From contig CM059438.1 of assembly GCA_030390025.1 (NCBI GenBank), positions 68,078,001 through 68,142,000 on the forward strand: DNA of 64,000 bases. The letters are read 5' to 3'. Of the stretch, positions 13,116 to 26,678 are shown piece by piece (position 1 is the first letter of the stretch; each line of letters begins with the position of its first letter). Made by a program: the position numbers and the translations under genes. The notes under the pieces were generated by a model. That model worked only from the letters and a program-made list of their open reading frames with translations. It was not told where the DNA came from and did no database searches. This stretch comes from Squalus acanthias (taxonomy: Eukaryota).

Positions 13116-13577
13116 CACTTATGTCTGTGTCAGCAGAAATATGATACACACCCTGGACATCCGCAGCTATTTCCTTGTGTGATTTGCTTGGGTAAATTTT
13201 CTGGTCCCAGTCGTTCAGCGCCAGAGCAGGGAGCAGTAGGTTTAGCCTCACCAATATAGCAGTAGACCATTTCCTAATGTCAGTATCAGACTCTATGCGT
13301 GACGAGCACGCAGCTTTGGCCATGATTAAAGTTGTGCACTGAGCCCTCAGGCAACAACACTTCTTGTAAGCTACCCACACAGGCCTCTACTGCAGCCGGG
13401 TTCACCTTCTTACTGCTCTGTGGCCTTGCAAAGCTCATAAAGTAACCTCACAAAACCTAGCTTCACAGTATACGTTCATTCACGCATTCTGGGTGTCAGA
13501 GTGAACACTTGAGTCTCACTCATTGTGTGCTTAAAATTTCCAACATGTAAACAGTGCTTTCCTGCTTGAAAGACAAG

Positions 13578-14087
13578 GGGCCCGATTTTAATTGAGGCCC
13601 AGTTTCCAGCAGGTGAGTTTCGTGGTCGATTCGCTCGTTCCAGGTGGGATGTCAGCAGGAAGTGGCTGAGAATCAGGAGGTCCGGAGGCCACCCACCTAG
13701 ATCAGGTAAGTGGCGGAAACATCTGGGGGGGCGGGGGGAAGATCACAGCAGGGGAGGCCTAAGCTTCCCCTGAGGAAAGTGTAAAAAAAAATTAATGACC
13801 TTTATCGGCCTCATCTGGCCCCAATCCACTCCCTTGCTGGGTTGGGCTTGCTGGAAATTCACTACCGCCTAGTAAAAATGGCAGTCGGGTCCGAATCACC
13901 ACCTCGGGACCCAACATGCATATCTTAAAAAGGACCTTATCGGCTTTGGGTGGTTGTCCTTGCCACTTGCTCAGAAAATGAGCAAAATGAGCAGGTGAGA
14001 ATCGCGGCAGGTCAGCACCAGGACAGGTAAATGACTGGGTGACACTAACTGCCCAACCGCCCGGTGGGTAGAGTTAAAATCGCTCCC
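13578..14087. mobile_element. Harbinger-type MITE
   Basis: TIRs GGGCCCGATTTTAA / TTAAAATCGCTCCC, TSD AAG/AAG. Confidence 0.8.
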
Positions 14088-14379
14088 AAGGTGGCACATA
14101 ACAGAACATACATTCTCTTCTATTTCTATAGAAACTCCCAAGAACCAGCCTGACCTGCCCTAGCTTGTCAGCAAAGGATGTTATGCTAACCTGCGCCAAT
14201 CCCTTCACTCATAGAGAGTGCCAGCACAAGTACTTCTACTCCAGAGAACTTAGGTAGTTGTGGGAGGGTGCGCCAGGTGAATCATAGAGTATGAATGAAC
14301 TGGACCATATGGTAGAGGAGGAGGAGGAACCCTCTGACTGGAGGACAGTGTATAATCCGACATGGCTCCAGTGACAGCA

Positions 14380-14900
14380 AGGATATCACTTGGCGGATTC
14401 TGAGCCTTGCTCTGCCCTTGCCCTGCTCCAACATTAGGGACCTCTGGGTGGCAATGTTGTGTAGCATGCAGTAGACCATAATACTTTTGGAAATCCTGAC
14501 AGGGCTTTATTGTTCAACAGCAAAAGATCTGTCTGGCTATCTGAGCCATTGCTTCAAGGTGTAAAGGATGTTTGATTAGAATCCTGGTGGTTGCATGGAC
14601 CTTGTTGTATCTTTGCTCAGCTATTTCTTGTAGCTGTTGCAATGGTATGGTTGACTGGGGCTGCAAAAGGTAGCCTTGGTTTCTAAAAGCCATCTCCTTC
14701 GAACTGCACTGGTTGTGAAGTTTTCCTTAACATAAAACATCATGATTGCTGCCTGGGAAGCAGGCATTTCACCTACATGATCTTGGCTTGCTGATGTCAA
14801 GCTTCACATTGACTAACTGGTTTACAAAGACCGTGGATGGTGCACCAAGGCCCAGTTGGCTATATGGATGCCATAAATAGTGTCCTGGGCTTTGGAACCT
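14380..14900 (-). pseudogene. Highly decayed Harbinger transposase remnant
   Basis: VYCMLHNIA motif at ~14450-14479 and an ENQGYLLQP-like remnant near 14660-14685. Multiple stops and frameshifts. Confidence 0.55.
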
Positions 14901-15209
14901 GCATGTTGTGGTGGACTAAACCGATGAGAGTCCAATTGTAGAAGTGACAGCAAAAGAAAAATAAAAAAAGCATTTGGCATGTCAAGCCTGCTCCTTCCAA
15001 AGAAAATGCACAGTCCATCTTATCATGCTCCTTCTCCAAATCCCACTCCATTTACTATCCTGAAGGCGAGTTCGAGTCATAGAGGTAGCTTTTCACCTTA
15101 CACCACCTGGGCAGTAATGTAGTGGAGCAGATTGTCTGTCGTTTATACAACCTTCCCGACTTTCACTCCATTGATTTCATGATTTTTGCTCTGTCTTCCT
15201 TGAGGCTTT

Positions 15210-15410
15210 TTAGTTATCAACATCACTAAAACAGATTTTCTGGGCATTATCACATTGCTGTTTGTGGGAGCTTGCTGTGTGCAAATTGGCTGCCGCGTTT
15301 CCTACATTACAACAGTGACTCCACTTCAAAAAGTACTTCATTGGCTGTAAAGTGCTTTGGGAGGTCCGGTGGTTGTGAAAGGCGCTATTTAAATGCAAGT
15401 CATTCTTTTT
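15210..15410 (+). mobile_element. SacSINE1-like SINE 3' half
   Basis: CACATTGCTGTTTGTGGGAGCTTGCTGTGTGCAAATTGGCTGCC followed by the shared tail. Confidence 0.7.
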
Positions 15411-17479
15411 CTTTTTATCAGTCTGTGTCCTGATTCTGCATCAGTCTATCTAGTATACATGGGATAATTTTGTGAGGGCACATTCCCAGCATGGAGCCTC
15501 GCTGGTGGCGAGTGTAGCAGTGGAAATGGGCCACCAATTTTCCAACCATTGCTCCTCATTAGTGAGGCTTTGTGCTGGGAACCCTATATTACTATTAGTT
15601 AATAACAGTGTTGCAGTTTTGGGTTTTTAACAGATCCATCTTCCAACTAAATGCTACATGTTGGTTACCGTCCGTGGATCTTGTCCCCTGTGATCTGGAA
15701 CCTGTTTTTCCAAAATGTGCTTTTAGCAGAAACGCACATCTGTGGCTTAATAAATCCCTAACAATACAGTAATCTCTCATACTGCGCAATCGCACGCTCT
15801 TCAGAAAGGTGGATATCCGGTTGTTTGTGGGCTAAAGCAACTGATACGCTTATTTACAATTAAATTATGGGATGAAGCACCAAAATTCAGCACATCCTAA
15901 AAGCACAGGGAAGAAAACACTTTTACAATAACTAACACTCGAAGGGGTCAATGACCATTCCTGGGAACATTTGCCAGTGGGAAAACAGAAGGGTAGATTT
16001 TCATCTTGCCACCCGGACATAAAACTGGCATTGCGGATCGGTTGCCCGTGATAGAAACTGCCCGATTGTCATTTCCGTCGATTTCAATAGAAATCAAAAT
16101 CAGGCGGTTTCAATAGCGGACATCCCATCCTTTCAGTGACGCTGTGTGCTACTTTCACATCCCAGCACATCCACTAGCAATGACATGATCTCGCACTCAT
16201 CTTGAATAATGCCACATAATACCTGCTTGTGTATAGATAGACAAAGATATATTTCCTCAGCTTTTATAACACTGGCTCCAAATTCCAACAAAAATATGCA
16301 GATAGCACTTTATTTCAATCTGTATAGATCCCTATACTTTCAACATTTTTAAAACCTTGAATGCATATTTTATTATGAATTATTCTTTAATTAATATGCA
16401 AAATAAATGGCTACCTTGATGAAGTGGGGATTGCATCAATTTTATTCTGTTGCACCCCTCTGCTTCAATCATATAAATCCATAAGCGACACCACAGGAAA
16501 TCCATTAGTATTTACAATGGGCCATGAGTAACCAGATGTTTCAAAATACAGTCTTGCATATCCCCAAAGCAATTATTAACCCACCTGATTACATCTCATT
16601 TGTTGTCCACATAAAGAAACCAACTGTTTCCTTCAGATCAAAGGCAACCTGCTGCCCATGACATCGTCAACGAGCCCATGTCATCGTTTGGTCAGCAGAC
16701 ATTGACTGAGTTTTAATGAAATTAAACAAAACAGCTGCAATTCGGTAGAAGGTGGTAGTCTTTGTTGTTCTCACCTGAACTGACTGCTTAAAAAGATTTT
16801 TGAGTTCTGCCAGTTTGACGCAAAACTGATGATGACTATTGAAGTCGTGGGGTTTATGGGACATTGCTTGTCTTTGAGGAGTCGCAGGTGAGTACATATA
16901 TTTGTCAGCTACCCAGGACTCTTCACATCTGCAACAAAAAAAAACATAACCATAAACTGTGCTGTGCAGTAAATCAGCATTTATATCTGATATGATGTGA
17001 TTGATAGTTTTAACAGCTTTTGGAATGCAATTGTAAGCTTTGTTTATGTTATGAGCTTTTAGCAAGAGCTTAAGACTGCTTAAATAAATGGTTCATTGCA
17101 AAAATCTAGTTACAGAATTACACTTTGTGAATTATGTTTCTCCTTAATTATATTCAAAATCATTAACCTATCTCCAAGATCCAATACCTTCCAATTATGA
17201 TATTGCTGGAATAAATAAGAGTGGTGTAACAGAACTGGACTTAACAGGGAATTGAGGTTTTGGAAGTTGATGTCGAGTATGTCTCAAAATTTATGTAAAT
17301 TCTAACACCAAGTTGCCTTGGCCTTTCAACATGAATAACAACTTCGATTCGTATGTCATCTGTGATATGAAGAAATGTCATCAGGCCCTTCACAATTAGA
17401 GTCAAAGAAAAGAGATGTTGAGCCAGATAGGGCGAGATTAGGAGGGATGACAGTAGGTTTGGTTTTGAAGAGCGTGCAC

Positions 17480-18470
17480 TTTTATTGCCCACTTGTCCTG
17501 AGATCGTAATGGTGGGCTGTGTTGCTGAGTCACTGTAGTACTTGTGTTTATGGTGTTTTCACAATGGTGTTAGATTGAGAATTCCAGTATTTTGACCCAG
17601 CAATGATGAAGGGATGTGGATAGATGTCCAAGTCAGTGACTTGGAGGTGATGGTGTTCTCATGATATTGCTGCTCTTGTCATTCTAGATGGTAAAGGTCA
17701 TGGCTTGGGAGATGTTGTTGAAGTAAAGTTCATGGGTTGCTGCAGTGCATCTTGTAGATAGTACATATGGCAGCTACAGTGTGCTGGTGGAGAAGGAAGT
17801 GGCGATTGCGTCCAGTGGCACCAATCAATTTGCTTCGTTGGATTGTGTCGAGCTTCTTGAGTCTTGCAGCTGCACCCAGTTGAGTCATGACCATTCGATC
17901 TCATTGCAGACTTGAGGCTTTTAGATGATTGGAGAGACTTGGAGGGGTCAGAAGAGGAACGACTCACGACAGAGTACCCAGCTCTGCCCTGCTCTTGAAG
18001 CCAGGTGTTGATATGACTGGTCCAGTTCAGCTTCTGGTCAACGGTGACCCCTCCACAATTTTGGTAGCGAAGGATTCAGCAAGGGTAATACCATTGAAGG
18101 TCAGGGGGAGGTGGTTGGGCTTTCTTTTGTTGGAGATGGTCATTACCGGGGGCAGTTGCGTGGTGTGAGCATTGCCTGCCATTTGTCAGCCCAAGCCTGG
18201 ATGATTTTCAGGGATGGCGGTAGGCTGGTATGGGCTGCTTCATTCTCGGTGGTTGTGACTGGAGTTGAATAGTGTGCAAGTGTCAACAAACTCCTGACTT
18301 TCTAATGAAGGGAGAATCATTAATGAAGCAGCTGAAAATGGTTAAGTTGAGGACATTTCCCTGAGGAACTCTTGCAATAATGTCCTGGATCTGGGAGAAT
18401 TGACCTTCAACACCAAGGATTATCTTCCTGTGTGTTGGGCATGACTCCAACCATTGGAGGATTTTCTCCT
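17480..18470 (-). mobile_element. Decayed non-LTR retrotransposon (same family as 62215-63500)
   Basis: Remnant LQWLESC..VPQGNVLNLTIFSCFIND and the shared 3' region. Confidence 0.7.
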
Positions 18471-20349
18471 TGACAAGCAAAGTTTGAGAAAAGAAAAACA
18501 GCTTCACAGCCCCACTCAGTGGCCAGAGCATGGAACTGCAGCAAAGAGCTACACACGCTCACAAAAGATTGCAGTCTTTTGGGGGATAGTGCTACATACA
18601 GGCACCCCAGGCAAAAAGGTTCCATAGGACTTTTCAATGGGGTTTGACTGGTCATTTTGAATTTAATAATACATTGTTCAATCTCCTGTTGCATTGAACA
18701 TGTGTAGTCAATACCAATTATAGTCTTTAGGTGAAGCAAAGTTCAGATGATGGGCGAATAATTGGACAAGGACGTACGGACCATATTTCACATTCAAATC
18801 ATTGTGTTCTTTTTCTATTTCCATTATGAATCATATGTCAACAATTAGAATGGCAACTGCCTATATAAACTTGTCACACTGTAATTACATCCTCCTGCCA
18901 TTGCAGCAGTGGAGTAAGTCCAGCCACGATGGAGATTGCAAGGAGCGGGAAGACAGGGCCAACTGGGAAGAGGTGGGGATGGCAACTGGGTGATGAGAGC
19001 TATCCCCTTCATACTTGGCTCATAACTCCTGTCAGGAACCCGGGCACAGCTGCTGTAGCACCAGCTTTCTGGCCATTTATATGAATCATATTTTATATCC
19101 AATACCCCAAGAAAGAACTGTACTGTTGGGCAAGCTTGTGGGAGTGGCTTAGGGAAAAAAGATTGCAATCCAGGCTAACCTGACTAAGGTGCATCCATAT
19201 GCAAACGGCCATCTCACACTGACGTCATCACTATCTAACATGATTACTGGGAACAACACCCCGAGAGGTAACTCAGAGACACTATCAATAAAACACAGCC
19301 CCAACCGAAACTGGTGGAAGGCAGGAGATGGCCAGGCCATTCTTTCCAGGAGATAAGCCAGTTAAGCAAGTTCGGTTTGAGATTGAAACCCATTACCTGC
19401 TAATGGGGGCCATCAAGTCAGGAAACGACAGACATCCAGTATCATTTTTCACAAAGAAGCACTCCAGGCCACAGGGGGGTCCAGACAGATCACTTGAGTC
19501 AATACATCGATCAGTATTGGCGGGAGGAAAAGGTGATTGGTTTTGGGTATATCAGGAGTCGTTCAGGGGCTGCTTTCTCTTCTGCTCCTCGGCAACAGTC
19601 TCCCGAGTGAGGCTCGGCTCGACGGAACACTGCCAGAAGCTGAGCGCTGCTCTTCATCCCTCATCAATGGACCTCGACTCAAACTGAAACTTGGATACTG
19701 CGTCGGCGGTACGGAACCAGGAACGAGACGTACAGGAAGAAGCTGCAAGCAAGACAACGGGCAATCGGGGTGAGCATATTGCCTGCGCCTACACATCCAC
19801 AAGACCACTTAGCTGTGTGAGGGGGTGATGGTAAGTCCCAACCAAACCTTAGAGGGGTTTAGTGCTGGGGTCCTGTGTTAGTTTATTTCACGGGAGGGTT
19901 CTTTTATTAGACCGTGGTAATTTAGCACTGTATGGCTTGTTGGACAAGCCAGGGTTGTTGTATTGTTTTGTACTGTTGCGAGTGTTATTGTTAATCCTAT
20001 TAAACTCAATACGGTTGAGCTCAAACGGGTGTCCGAGTCTGATCTGTTCCATATAATCCCTATCGTCCAGAACTTGTAGTAAGAGGTGTGCTTTCAGTGC
20101 GCCCGAGAAAACCACTTACACTGCAGAGCTGGCCTGCAATGAAAGCCATGCTGCCATCAGAAGCAACATCATGCAGACAGACGGCGTGGTCAAGCAACGC
20201 TTCTACTGACTGGATAGTTCGGGAGGAGAGCTGCAGTACACCCCTGAGTGGGTATCCAGATTTGTGGCCATCTGCTGCATGCTGCATAACATTGCCATCT
20301 TGAGGGACCAGCCCTACCCTGGGCGGCAGGAGGAGGAACAGCATGAAGA

Positions 20350-20835
20350 CAACGGCTTCGGTCTTGCAATATTTACTGGAGGAAATTTGAGCTCATCCAA
20401 TACTGGATGTCGGACAAGCAGCGTGACATATCAGAGGCAGTGGAGGGGTCGAGAGAGGTGGTGGTGAGGTAGAGCTGGTTGTCGTCAGCATACAAGTGGA
20501 ATCTGACATGTTTTCGGATGATGTCGCCGAGGGGCAGCATATAGATGAGAAATAGGCGGAGGCCAAGGATAGATCCTTGGGAGATGCCAGATGTAACAGT
20601 GCAGGAGTGGGAAGAGAAGCCATTGCAGGTGTTCTGCTGGCTATTACTGGACAGATAGGAATGGAACCAGGCATGTGCAGTCCCACCAAGCTGGACAACG
20701 GAGGTTGAGGCGTTGGAGGAGGATGGTGTGGTCAACCATGTCAAAGGCTGCAGACAGGCCGAGGAGAATGAGAAGCGATAGTGCACCGCAATCACTGTCA
20801 CATAGGATGTCAGTTGTTTCTTTGATAACTTCCCT
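20350..20835 (-). mobile_element. L2-clade LINE reverse transcriptase fragment
   Basis: LSAAFDMVDHTILLQRL and, in another frame, GISQGSILG..FLIYMLPLGDIIRKH..FHLYADDNQLY. Confidence 0.85.
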
Positions 20836-21706
20836 GCCACAGCACTGGGCCCTTATCAGATCTGTCAGCAGATGTTCCATCGTGGTGGCGCCACTGCTGT
20901 GTTCATGCGGCTGACCGTTCGGTCCATGTTGGACAGCATAGTCTCCATGCTCTGCGCAAAGCCCCGACACAAGTTGGAGCTGGGCCACTCCATGCTCTGA
21001 GCCATTGTGCGATTGTGCGCAAGGTTGCAGGCAGGATGCCCAGTGCACCTTGCATTTCCTGATGTATGCCCATCAGCTTTCTTTGGTTGCCTGGCCTCTC
21101 GAGGTCAGCATCTGAATCCTCTGCTTCAGAGCCAGTGTGCAATCTCACTCTCCGGTGACCTGGCACCTGTAGCACCTTAACCCCTGCCCTAGCTCCTGCC
21201 CGGTGATTTACCTTGTGAAGATCCCTCCTCTGGCCTACCCATTAAAGTACATGTGGTGCCAATATGTGAGCTGGAGCTATCTCGAATCAGATCGAGTGAT
21301 GGTGCTTCTTCATTTAGACTGGCCTCCTCTTCCTGAAGTTGTAAACGTATCTCCACATTTTCAGCACCTGAAATAAAAGAAAGGGGTATCTTTAGTGTGA
21401 AGGTAGAGCAGAGCCAAAATGGCTGCTGAAAGCAGCTACAATTTGTCGAGCAGAGTGTATAGGGTGAGATAAAGTAAGAAGGGACAAAGAGGATAAGATG
21501 TGAAGAAACTCTGCTCAAAGTCTCCTCCAGCATTGCCACTAGCCACAGCCAGGACTCTCCCCCTTCCCGTGATGGCCAGCACGTTTTCTTCCATGGGGGA
21601 GTGGATGTACAAGTGGGCTCGGCCTCCTGCGATGGCAGACTCCTGGTGCAGGTTTTGCCCCACCATCTCCTGCAGGTGAGTCAAGGGACATGGGGGAGAG
21701 GATTCT

Positions 21707-21923
21707 TGTGAGTAATGACTTAAGAAAACTACTAGGCACTTGGTCTAAGCGTTAAACAAAGCTTTAATCAACTGTTTTTCAACATGGAGATCTAGTTGTG
21801 TCCTTCACTAGTTCCTGTTAAGGAATGTCCTGAGCAAGCTGGGCCCATGCCCGAGTATTTATACTCTCCCTGGACAGCGCCACCAGCAGGCCGCCCAGTA
21901 TTACTTCATAAGTCATTTCCACA
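21707..21923 (-). mobile_element. Possible small solo LTR
   Basis: TG...CA ends with inverted repeats TGTGAGTAATGACT / AGTCATTTCCACA. Minus-strand TATAAATA (~21860) is followed by ATTAAA (~21765). No clear TSD. Confidence 0.4.
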
Positions 21924-22659
21924 TGAATGACAAGATTCATGTCAAGTAGCAAGGCTAAAGGTGCTGGAGGTATGAACAGAGAGTAAGAAACCAGTATTCT
22001 TACCTTGATGACTCTGGTAAGGTCATTGATTATTTTGTGGTGCTGCAGCTATGCCCTGGGAGTGAAGCACATGGCATTGATCTCCTTTGTGACCTCTTCC
22101 CACTGGTAGTGAAGGTATTGCCTGAAAGGCTTTCTCACTGTCTTTCCCACTGGGGAGGGGGGGTGTGGAATAGGATCTCCATCATGGCATCAGAGGGCCT
22201 GGGCACCTTATCTGGACCTCTTGCTGCCATTTTAGTGCTTTCCTCCTTTCTGCAACTAGTGGGCACCTGCCCTTTAAGAGGTGCTGGCTGCCTTTAAGTG
22301 GCGTCAGAGATGCCTGATTTCCAATTCGCCCCCCCACCCCCCCGCCAAAAAAAGCCAGGTGTGCAGCCAATGAATAGTGTGGGGTAGCGCTGGCTGCACA
22401 CCTGAATCATTTTAACGAGGCCCAGCATGAATTTAACGTGCTGCCTGGGACCACGTGAACAGGCACAAGCAGCGCACGCCCCGCCACCTGTCCGCCCGTT
22501 TTCGGCCACGATTGAATTTTTAGGCCACTGTGTGGGAAACATCAGTTGAAAATGTATATAACACTCGGGTTCAGGTTTCCTAACGTGCTGTTATACTGTC
22601 ATATTTCAACAGTTGTGAAATGGTTTCTGCTTAGCAGTGATGCACTGTTAAAAGCAAGA

Positions 22660-23092
22660 AATAACTTACATTTCTATAGAGCACCTTTCATGACCTCTGG
22701 ACATCCCAAAGCGCCTTACAGCCAATGAAGTACTTTTGAAGTGTAGTCACTGTTGTACTGTAGGAAACACAGCAGCCAATTTGCACACAGCGAGATCCCA
22801 CAAACAACAATATGATAATGACCAGGTAATCTGTTTTTTTGTGATGTTGGTTGAGGGATAAATATTGGCCAGGACACGAGGAGACCTCCCCTGCTCTTCT
22901 TCGAAATAGTGCCATGGGATTTTTTACGTCAACCTGAGAGGGCAGACAGGGCCTTGGTTTAACGTCTCATCCGAAAGACAGTGCAGCACTCCCTCAGTAC
23001 TGCACTGGAGCGTCAGCCTAGATTACGTGCTCAAATCTCTGGCGTGGGGCTTGAACCCACAACCTTCTGACTCAGAAGTGAAGGTGCTACAT
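22660..23092 (-). mobile_element. SacSINE1-like DeuSINE, near full length
   Basis: tRNA-like head (GGTTCAAGCCC B box), Deu-like block CCCATGGCACTATTTCGAAGAAGAGCAGGGGAG, L2-like tail. Confidence 0.75.
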
Positions 23093-23399
23093 TCTCAAAG
23101 CATTTAAAAGTCAACTGCTAGCAGGGGGACTTTGCGCACTCACACAGCTGGAAAGCAGAGCTCTGTCACAATAACAAGTGCTCGGTTTGGCAGCCTGCAG
23201 TATAGACATGGAGCTGCTGGCCGTTTATCGTTCCCTACAGCTCCTCATATCAGGTCAGTGGAACAGTATAACTGCGGCCTTAATTTGAGAGTGAACTGCC
23301 CCAGCATTGCAGTGACTGACGAAAGATCACCGAATTGAAACGTTAACTCTGTTTCTCTCTCCATAGATGCTGACTGACCTGCTGAGTATTTCCACCATC

Positions 23400-23575
23400 T
23401 TAAAAACATAAGAAATAGGAGCAGGAGTAGGCCATATGGCCCCTCAAGCCTGCTCCGCCATTCAATAAGATGATGGCTGATCTTCGACCTCACCTCCACT
23501 TTCCCGCCCTATCCCCATATCCCTTGATTCCCTTAGTACCCAAAAGTCTATCGATTTCTGTCTTGAATGTATTCA
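23400..23575 (-). mobile_element. CR1 3' end inserted in a Penelope-like short repeat
   Basis: CATAAGAAATAGGAGCAGGAGTAGGCC tail on the plus strand; the host repeat resumes at ~23580. Confidence 0.7.
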
Positions 23576-24208
23576 TTTATTTTCTGTTTATATTTCAGAT
23601 TTCCAACGTCCACAATATTTTGCCATTACAGTGACTGAATTGCCTCAACGGTCTATTCAATGAAGTCCCAAACCGATCTGTCTACCATTGCAATGATCCT
23701 ATTATTGTTTCTTAGGGTTTTAAAAGGAGATTTTATTCACTTTAGAATAATATATTTGCAGTCAGTATTATAAATGTACCAACAATAATGAGAAAACAGC
23801 TGACAGATAGAGACTTTTCTGACTTGCCTGCTTAATTGCGGCCATTGTTTCCTTGACAACAGGTACCAGTTAAAATTGACTACAGTGGCACCAAGTCATG
23901 AACAAATTACTAGGATGAATAAGAAATTGATTTTTAATGAGCACTACACAAATGAAAAGAATTGCGCTAATGATGAAATGATGTGCTGACTTAGACGCAA
24001 TTTCTTGGGCACCTGAAAAGTGGTTCTTAAGCTCTGATCATCATGTTTGCTTCCTGTCACTGTGTGTAACATGTTACTGCAAATCACTTGAGCTTATTCC
24101 AGTTAGAAAAAGTTGTACTGTTCTTTACAGAATTCATTCTATTTTGGGGTCAGGCATATGATTTATCATGCACTTACCGCCCCGTGGCTTTTGAAGAAGA
24201 TTACTAAT

Positions 24209-25113
24209 GGGCCAGATTTTGCTGCAGCAGGGCATCAGTGTACAACAGTGACTACACTCCAAAAAGGTACTTCATTGGCTGTAAAGCGCTTTGAGACGTC
24301 TGGTGGCCGTGAAAGGTGCTATATAAATGCAAGTCTTTCTTTCTTTATCTAACAACGTCTGCCATTAGTTAGACTTGTCCCTGAACCCTTCAGCTCAAAC
24401 GCTTTTTTGCCTACTAAGCTGCTGAATGTGCGAGCTGATAACGGCACAGCGAGGGAAACAGGGCATCTGGGACCTGAGTGAACAGAGAAACCAGCAGGGT
24501 ATCTCCTTAACCAATGAGATTGAAAGATTGGGAAATAAACAGCGGAAGGACTGAGAAGGAGGGTGATTTAAAGGGGGTGAATTCAATGTCAAATCAGGTA
24601 CAGAAAGAGAAACGATGAGAGAGAAAGAAAGATTGGTTTAAGAGGGAGAGAAAAAAGAGACAGAAAGGAAAAATAAGAAAAATAAAATAAAAAATTTGAA
24701 ATTTTTAAAATCTCCTAAAATAATTCACAACCTGAAGGAATGAGATGCCACGCTTATAATAGTTAATTTTCAGTGCCAGAGAGTTTGATTGGCAGTCATT
24801 AACACTTATCACATCGTTTAAAAGGTACTTATGCTTATAATTACTAGCCCTAAATATCTGTGGTGGGTTTAGTTCATATCTACCACGTGAATACAGAAAC
24901 TTCACAACATTTAATGCATGTCAATGGTGAGGTAGACAGCGAAATGCCGCTTTCGCAAAGTTAACGGTGGAGTGGCACAACTCGGACAGCAACTTTTGGA
25001 TATCCGCATTTAACTGCACATCTGCTCCTCGCCTGAAGTTACTGTACCATTTACGCATAAATAAAAGCTAGCGCCATTAGCCTCACCATTACTTTGGCAG
25101 CAAAGTCTCAGCC
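24209..25113. mobile_element. Harbinger-type MITE with an inserted SINE tail
   Basis: TIRs GGGCCAGATTTTGCTG / CAGCAAAGTCTCAGCC, flanks AAT/ATT. SINE tail at 24240-24345. Confidence 0.6.
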
Positions 25114-25210
25114 ATTATGTTTGTGGGGTCATAGTTTTTTTAAGCAAAAATGATTCTTCACTTAACTGTCGTGCCCACATAACGTTGATTACACTACAAA
25201 ACATTACATT

Positions 25211-25976
25211 GGCCCAGAAATTGGAGTTCGATGGTTGCCGCGGGGGTAAGGATCCCCCGCGATATCGCACTCCGCGCCTACCTTTATGGTTTTGGCCCAC
25301 ACGAACTTCAGTTCCTGGGCCTCTCCCTGGTGCCGGCGCGCAGTGTGTGCGTGTCCCAGAGGCGCAGTTAATTCGATGCAACCTCTGGGATCACGTGGGC
25401 CAGTTAGAGCCAATGGCAGCACACCATCTTTCATTCATAGTTTTGACAGCAAGAGCTGTCAAAACTATGAATACAACAAGCCCCCAAAAGAACAGCTAAA
25501 CCTCAATTAAATTTTTTTTAAAAGCCATCACATTAATAAAATAACTATAGTTAAATAAATTAACCACTTTAAACAAAAATTTAAATTTTTGGAAAAAATG
25601 TAATTCTTTTTAAAAGTTATAAAAATAAACTTACCTTTCTTTAAAGTCTCTAAAAAAGATAAACCTGTTGAAAATTTTTTAAAATAATACTTAATTAACT
25701 ACTTACCTTGTTAAAAGGGGGTCTTACGCCTGTTTTCATTATGTGTAAAATCTTCAACACTTACCTGCGCGTTCAAACCTGAAAAAAAAACTAAGTGCGC
25801 TGCGTGCGCACAACCTGTAGTGCGCACGCGGTTCACTTAGGAACCGCCCCCTTCGCAATACCCGAAGTGCCGGTTTCCCGCGCATGCGCAGTGCATGCAG
25901 GAAACCGGCACTTCGGGACCTAATACGCGAGAGTACACAGTGCGTACTCTCCAGCATTAGGTCTAATTTTCGGGCC
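25211..25976. mobile_element. Young MITE, near-identical inverted twin of 51251-51975
   Basis: TIRs GGCCCAGAAATT / AATTTTCGGGCC, TSD ATT/ATT, CpGs retained. Confidence 0.9.
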
Positions 25977-26344
25977 ATTGTTTGTGAAGCATTTTGAGGC
26001 ATTTCTGAGAGCTGTGATAAGGAGCTATATAAATACAGGTTGTTTCGTTGTATGCATGGGGTTGATTGTAGTGTTTTAAGACTATGTTATTAGTTCCATA
26101 TGTGTTCAGCAGAGATACCCCACTTCTGGAGGTAATGCTGTTGTTCATTTGGTAAGTTGCTGGTTGCAATGTAGAGGATCAACAAGTTAAAACACAGCTG
26201 CTGATCAAAGACACAGATGCATTGATCTTAGAAAAGCAGGGACTTCTGTTCAATATGAATCAAACCCAGATAAACAACAGAACAAGTTTTCAGTTAATTA
26301 AGATATTCATATTAAATCATATAAAAAAACTACTCCAAGGTAAA

Positions 26345-26678
26345 CCACTGCAGCATATTACCAAGGTTTCTTTGACAGCACCTCCCAAAACCACAAACTC
26401 TATCACCTTGAAATACAAGGGCAGCAGGCGCATGGGAACACCACCACTTGCAAGTCACACACCATCCTGACTTGGAAATATATCATCGTTCCTTCATCGT
26501 CGCTGGGTCAAAATCCTGGAACTCCCTCGCTAACAGCACTGCGAGAGTACCTTCACCTCACAGACTGCAGCGGTTCAAAAAGGCAACTCGCCACCACCTT
26601 CTCAAGGGCAATTAGGGATGGGCAATAAATGCTGGTCTTGCCAGCGATGCCCACATCCTTGGAACGAATAAAAAAAAT
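26345..26678 (+). mobile_element. 3' end of non-LTR element (family of 62215-63500)
   Basis: CACCACCTTCTCAAGGGCAATTAGGGATGGGCAATAAATGCTGG followed by an A tail. Confidence 0.75.

Larger units (their letters stand above)
18840..22526. mobile_element. Decayed Harbinger element(s) interrupted by several insertions
   Basis: Plus-strand transposase remnants GWQLGDESYPLHTWLITP (~18975-19035) and ICCMLHNIA (~20270). Minus-strand Myb-gene-like remnants 20840-22190. TIR-like end AATTTTTAGGCC at ~22526. Left limit uncertain. Confidence 0.55.

Noticed and set aside
12900..13380. Cys/Val- and His/Thr-rich ORFs
   Set aside because: Translations of a (TG)n microsatellite.
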